A stretch of DNA of 64,000 bases from the human T2T-CHM13v2.0 reference genome, Homo sapiens. The DNA is taken from NCBI RefSeq assembly GCF_009914755.1, contig NC_060925.1; one strand, 5' to 3'. Made by a program: the position numbers and the translations under genes. This document shows positions 59,401-64,000 of the stretch, in pieces; position 1 is the first letter of the stretch; each line of letters starts with the position of its first letter. The notes under the pieces are model-generated. The model ran no database searches, had not been told where the DNA came from, and worked only from the letters and a program-made list of their open reading frames with translations.

Positions 59401-59690
59401 GTTAAGGAGGGACAGCTTATGAAAAAGGTAGGGGTTGTGCAAAAGAGAAAACTCCAAGCATACGCTGGAGTTTTCTTAAAATGCAGATTCAGATCTGATG
59501 GCATAGGGATTTCACTCTGCTGCAGAGCTTTCCATGACTTATCTTAGAACGGAACAAACATTTGATGCTTGGCCTTTTATGTGCATAATCTATCAGTTTA
59601 CAGGTAAGAGGACTGAGGTGGAGAAAATAGCTACATGACTAGGATTAGAACTCGGGTCTCTGGCTTCCTGTTATGCCTTTTAAAGTAGGT

Positions 59691-60256
<566 letters not shown>

Positions 60257-61263
60257 AAAGTAGGTGAGTTGAAGCCTGGTCACTCTGAGCCACAGGACCT
60301 CAGGTCCTTTTGTGCCTCCGTCCACGTAGCCTTTGGAAAATTCAGAATGTTGGAGTGGGTACTGAACCCGGATGGGAGTGGCTAGGTGAGAGAGAAGGTA
60401 TGCGTGTGTCTGAATGAGGTTCTTAGTTTAACATTTTACGTGTCTGTGAGTGGTATGAAGTTGGTAACCTCTCACTGCTGCTGCATTCTAGTGGGTCCTC
60501 TGAATTTCAAACTCCCTTTGGCTAGAGAGAAGGTAGGGCAGGAGATTGTGAGCTATGGGCAGTAGGGGATAGCTGGGACTGAACTGTCTCTGTCTGGGCA
60601 TGTAACTCCTCCCCCACGCTGTAGACTATGAACGATCCCTTCCCACCTGGCCCTCCGCTCTCAAACATCTCTGCTCCAAGCTCATAGATAGGCAGAAGCA
60701 CACTGCCACTAAAAACCAGGGTTCTAACTGGGCATGATGGCATTATTTCCCACAATAAAACCAGCCGACCAAACAAATGTCAGCAAGACATCCTTTAGTT
60801 CTTGCAGACATGGAAATCTTCTTTTTATTATAGCTAAGAATAAAATGTGATTTTGTAGAAGCTTTTTTTTAATAATTAACTTACTGTTTTTGAAGACTAG
60901 TCCAGAAGAGTAAGCAGGAGACTGAGTTTCAAACTTTGGTCCTACCTTTTCCTCTCACTATGAGCTTGGGACAAGGCACTAACCCCCCTAGTGTCGGCCT
61001 GTTTATACGGAAAATGAGAAAAATGCATTGATCAACCAAAAATAATTAAAAATTTACAATGTGGCAATTACTAAGCCTGGAGATATAGTTCTCACATGGA
61101 ACTTATATTCAAATGGGGAAAACAGATATTAGGTAAGAGACACAATGAGAATTACATATTATGGTGAGTACGATGACGAAAGTGACCACGGTGAGCCGCA
61201 ATCACAGGTGACCCTTCAGAAAGAGCAGCACTTTCCAAAATGTGGTCTGCAGACTCTTGGTAG

Positions 61264-62170
<907 letters not shown>

Positions 62171-64000
62171 TCCTTTTTTCATTGTATTTACATTTGCACT
62201 GATGAAATAAAAGTCATAATGGGTAAAACTGCTTGCACCTCAGCAAGAGTGAAGCAATACCACCAAACTGTACTAGTAGTGATTGTACCTTTTACCACCA
62301 TACGTTCTTAAAAACAAACAAATAGTATGCCACTTTCATTTATGAGTTTTCTTGATGAAATACTGAAGTGTTTAAATTTTATTAAATCTCAACCCTTGAA
62401 TACACATTTAAAAAACATTCTGGAGGAAAATGGGAAGTATGCATGTAGTATTTCTGCTACATACCAGAATACTATAGTTATCTTGAGGAAAAGCATTTGT
62501 GCAGTTGTTTGAGTTGCTAGCTAAACTAGCTGCTTATATCATGGAATACCACTTTTACTTAAAAGATGATTGACAGAAAAATTATTGTTATTCTGACTTG
62601 GATAACTGGTAGACATTTTCTCAAAAAAAAAAAAAAAAAAAAAAAAACTGAAAGTATTTGTTGCCAGTAATGAAGTTTGAACTTACAAGTGAAGATTGGA
62701 ATTTTAGAAATCTTATATCTTCCACCTTGAACTTGACAGAATCTCAGTGCTTAAATACTTTTCTGATGAGATCAATGTTGATATTAATGAACATGATTTT
62801 TTAAACTTTGTGTAATACAATGTGTCAACATTTGAGAGATCTCCATAGCTCAGTCAACTTCTATTTTTCAAATGATCAGTACACAATGTTACAAAATCAT
62901 AAATGGGAAAAAGATCCATTCTAAGTGCATGTGTGCCAGTGGATTTTAGTGTAATAGAGTAGAAACGTTCATTCATACAATTTCAGATTCCACATTGCCA
63001 CTAAGCTTTTAGAAACTCCCACATATCAAATGTTGGTATAATATCAAAGAAAAATATACACAACTATCTGAAAAAGCTATTAACATACTCCTCCTTTTTC
63101 CAATTATATAACTGCGCAAGATCAAATTTTCTTCATATTACTTCAACCAAAAGAATACATCCCAGCAGACTGAATGATGAGAGAGATACTGATGAGAATT
63201 GAGTTGTTTTCTATTAGGCTAGACATTAAAGAAAGTTGCAAAACTGTAAACCAATGCTACTCTTCTCACTAACTGCTCTGGACAAATCTACTCATTTCTC
63301 AGAAAAATATGTGATTTATGTTGTCATGTAATAAAGTTGTTATTTTAAGTGGATTAACAAAATTTTTAAAATTTCTGTTTTAATTCTTATTAAGGAAATA
63401 TTGATGGGATATAACTCATATAAACAAAATCCCTCTGTCTTTTTGATAGAAAAAGAGTCCTGAGAAATAGTCAAAATATTTGAGAACTTTGAAATGAGGT
63501 ATTCAAGGGAGGCCTTTCTGGGGAGTGTTGAGACCCAGAGGAAGAGCATTGCACAAAAGGAAACGTGAGAACAAATGTCTAAAGATGGGAAAAAGCTTGA
63601 GACATTCAAGGGAGAGAAAGGATAGCCACGTAGGTTCACAGAGATTATTGGTTTAAATGAAAAAATGTGCATGAAACTCCTTGGCATTGTACCTCGCACA
63701 TAGTATATGTGAACTAAGTAGAATCAGATGCTGGGAGGGCTGCATGGTGAGTGGCTGGGGCTTTGCGGTGGGTCCACATACCTTATGTGCTCATGGACAT
63801 CTCTTCTAGGTCATTGGGTAGCTGCATCTTGCATTCTTTGTTTTTTCCTTCTGGTCCTTGGACTATATGTCGAAAGATCCACCTTTCAATCCTGGTGCTA
63901 CAGAGTTTAACTCTGGACCAGAGAGTTGACCCCACAGGATCTCAGTTCTCTCTTCTGTAAAATGGTGATAATAATCCATGCTTCCTTCCTAGGATTTCAT

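Overview
This is primate genomic DNA, most likely human or great ape, judged from AluY/S/J, L1PA, THE1, MER85 and LTR18 elements. It is not prokaryotic. The 64 kb looks like intergenic or intronic sequence dominated by interspersed repeats: about 30 Alu/FLAM copies, young and old L1 fragments, MaLR/ERVL LTRs, hAT, Tigger and piggyBac DNA transposons, MIR/L2 relics and many microsatellites. I cannot support any host protein-coding exon, RNA gene or CRISPR array. Almost all listed ORFs are Alu, L1 or microsatellite artefacts; the only real protein homology is the C-terminal fragment of L1 ORF2p (4619-5281). The main non-repeat signals are a CpG island with a candidate first-exon splice donor (about 44.77-45.33 kb) and a second CpG-rich, motif-dense block (about 58.7-59.4 kb). 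I found no new biological system. The most interesting observations concern genome evolution: an L1 with apparently serial 3' transductions (39.1-39.6 kb), two AluYs 27 kb apart sharing non-consensus variants, two opposite-strand Alus inserted at overlapping target sites, deletion-fused repeat chimeras, a near-intact MER85, and long non-B-DNA tracts. Subfamily names come from remembered consensus sequences and should be confirmed with Dfam/RepeatMasker.
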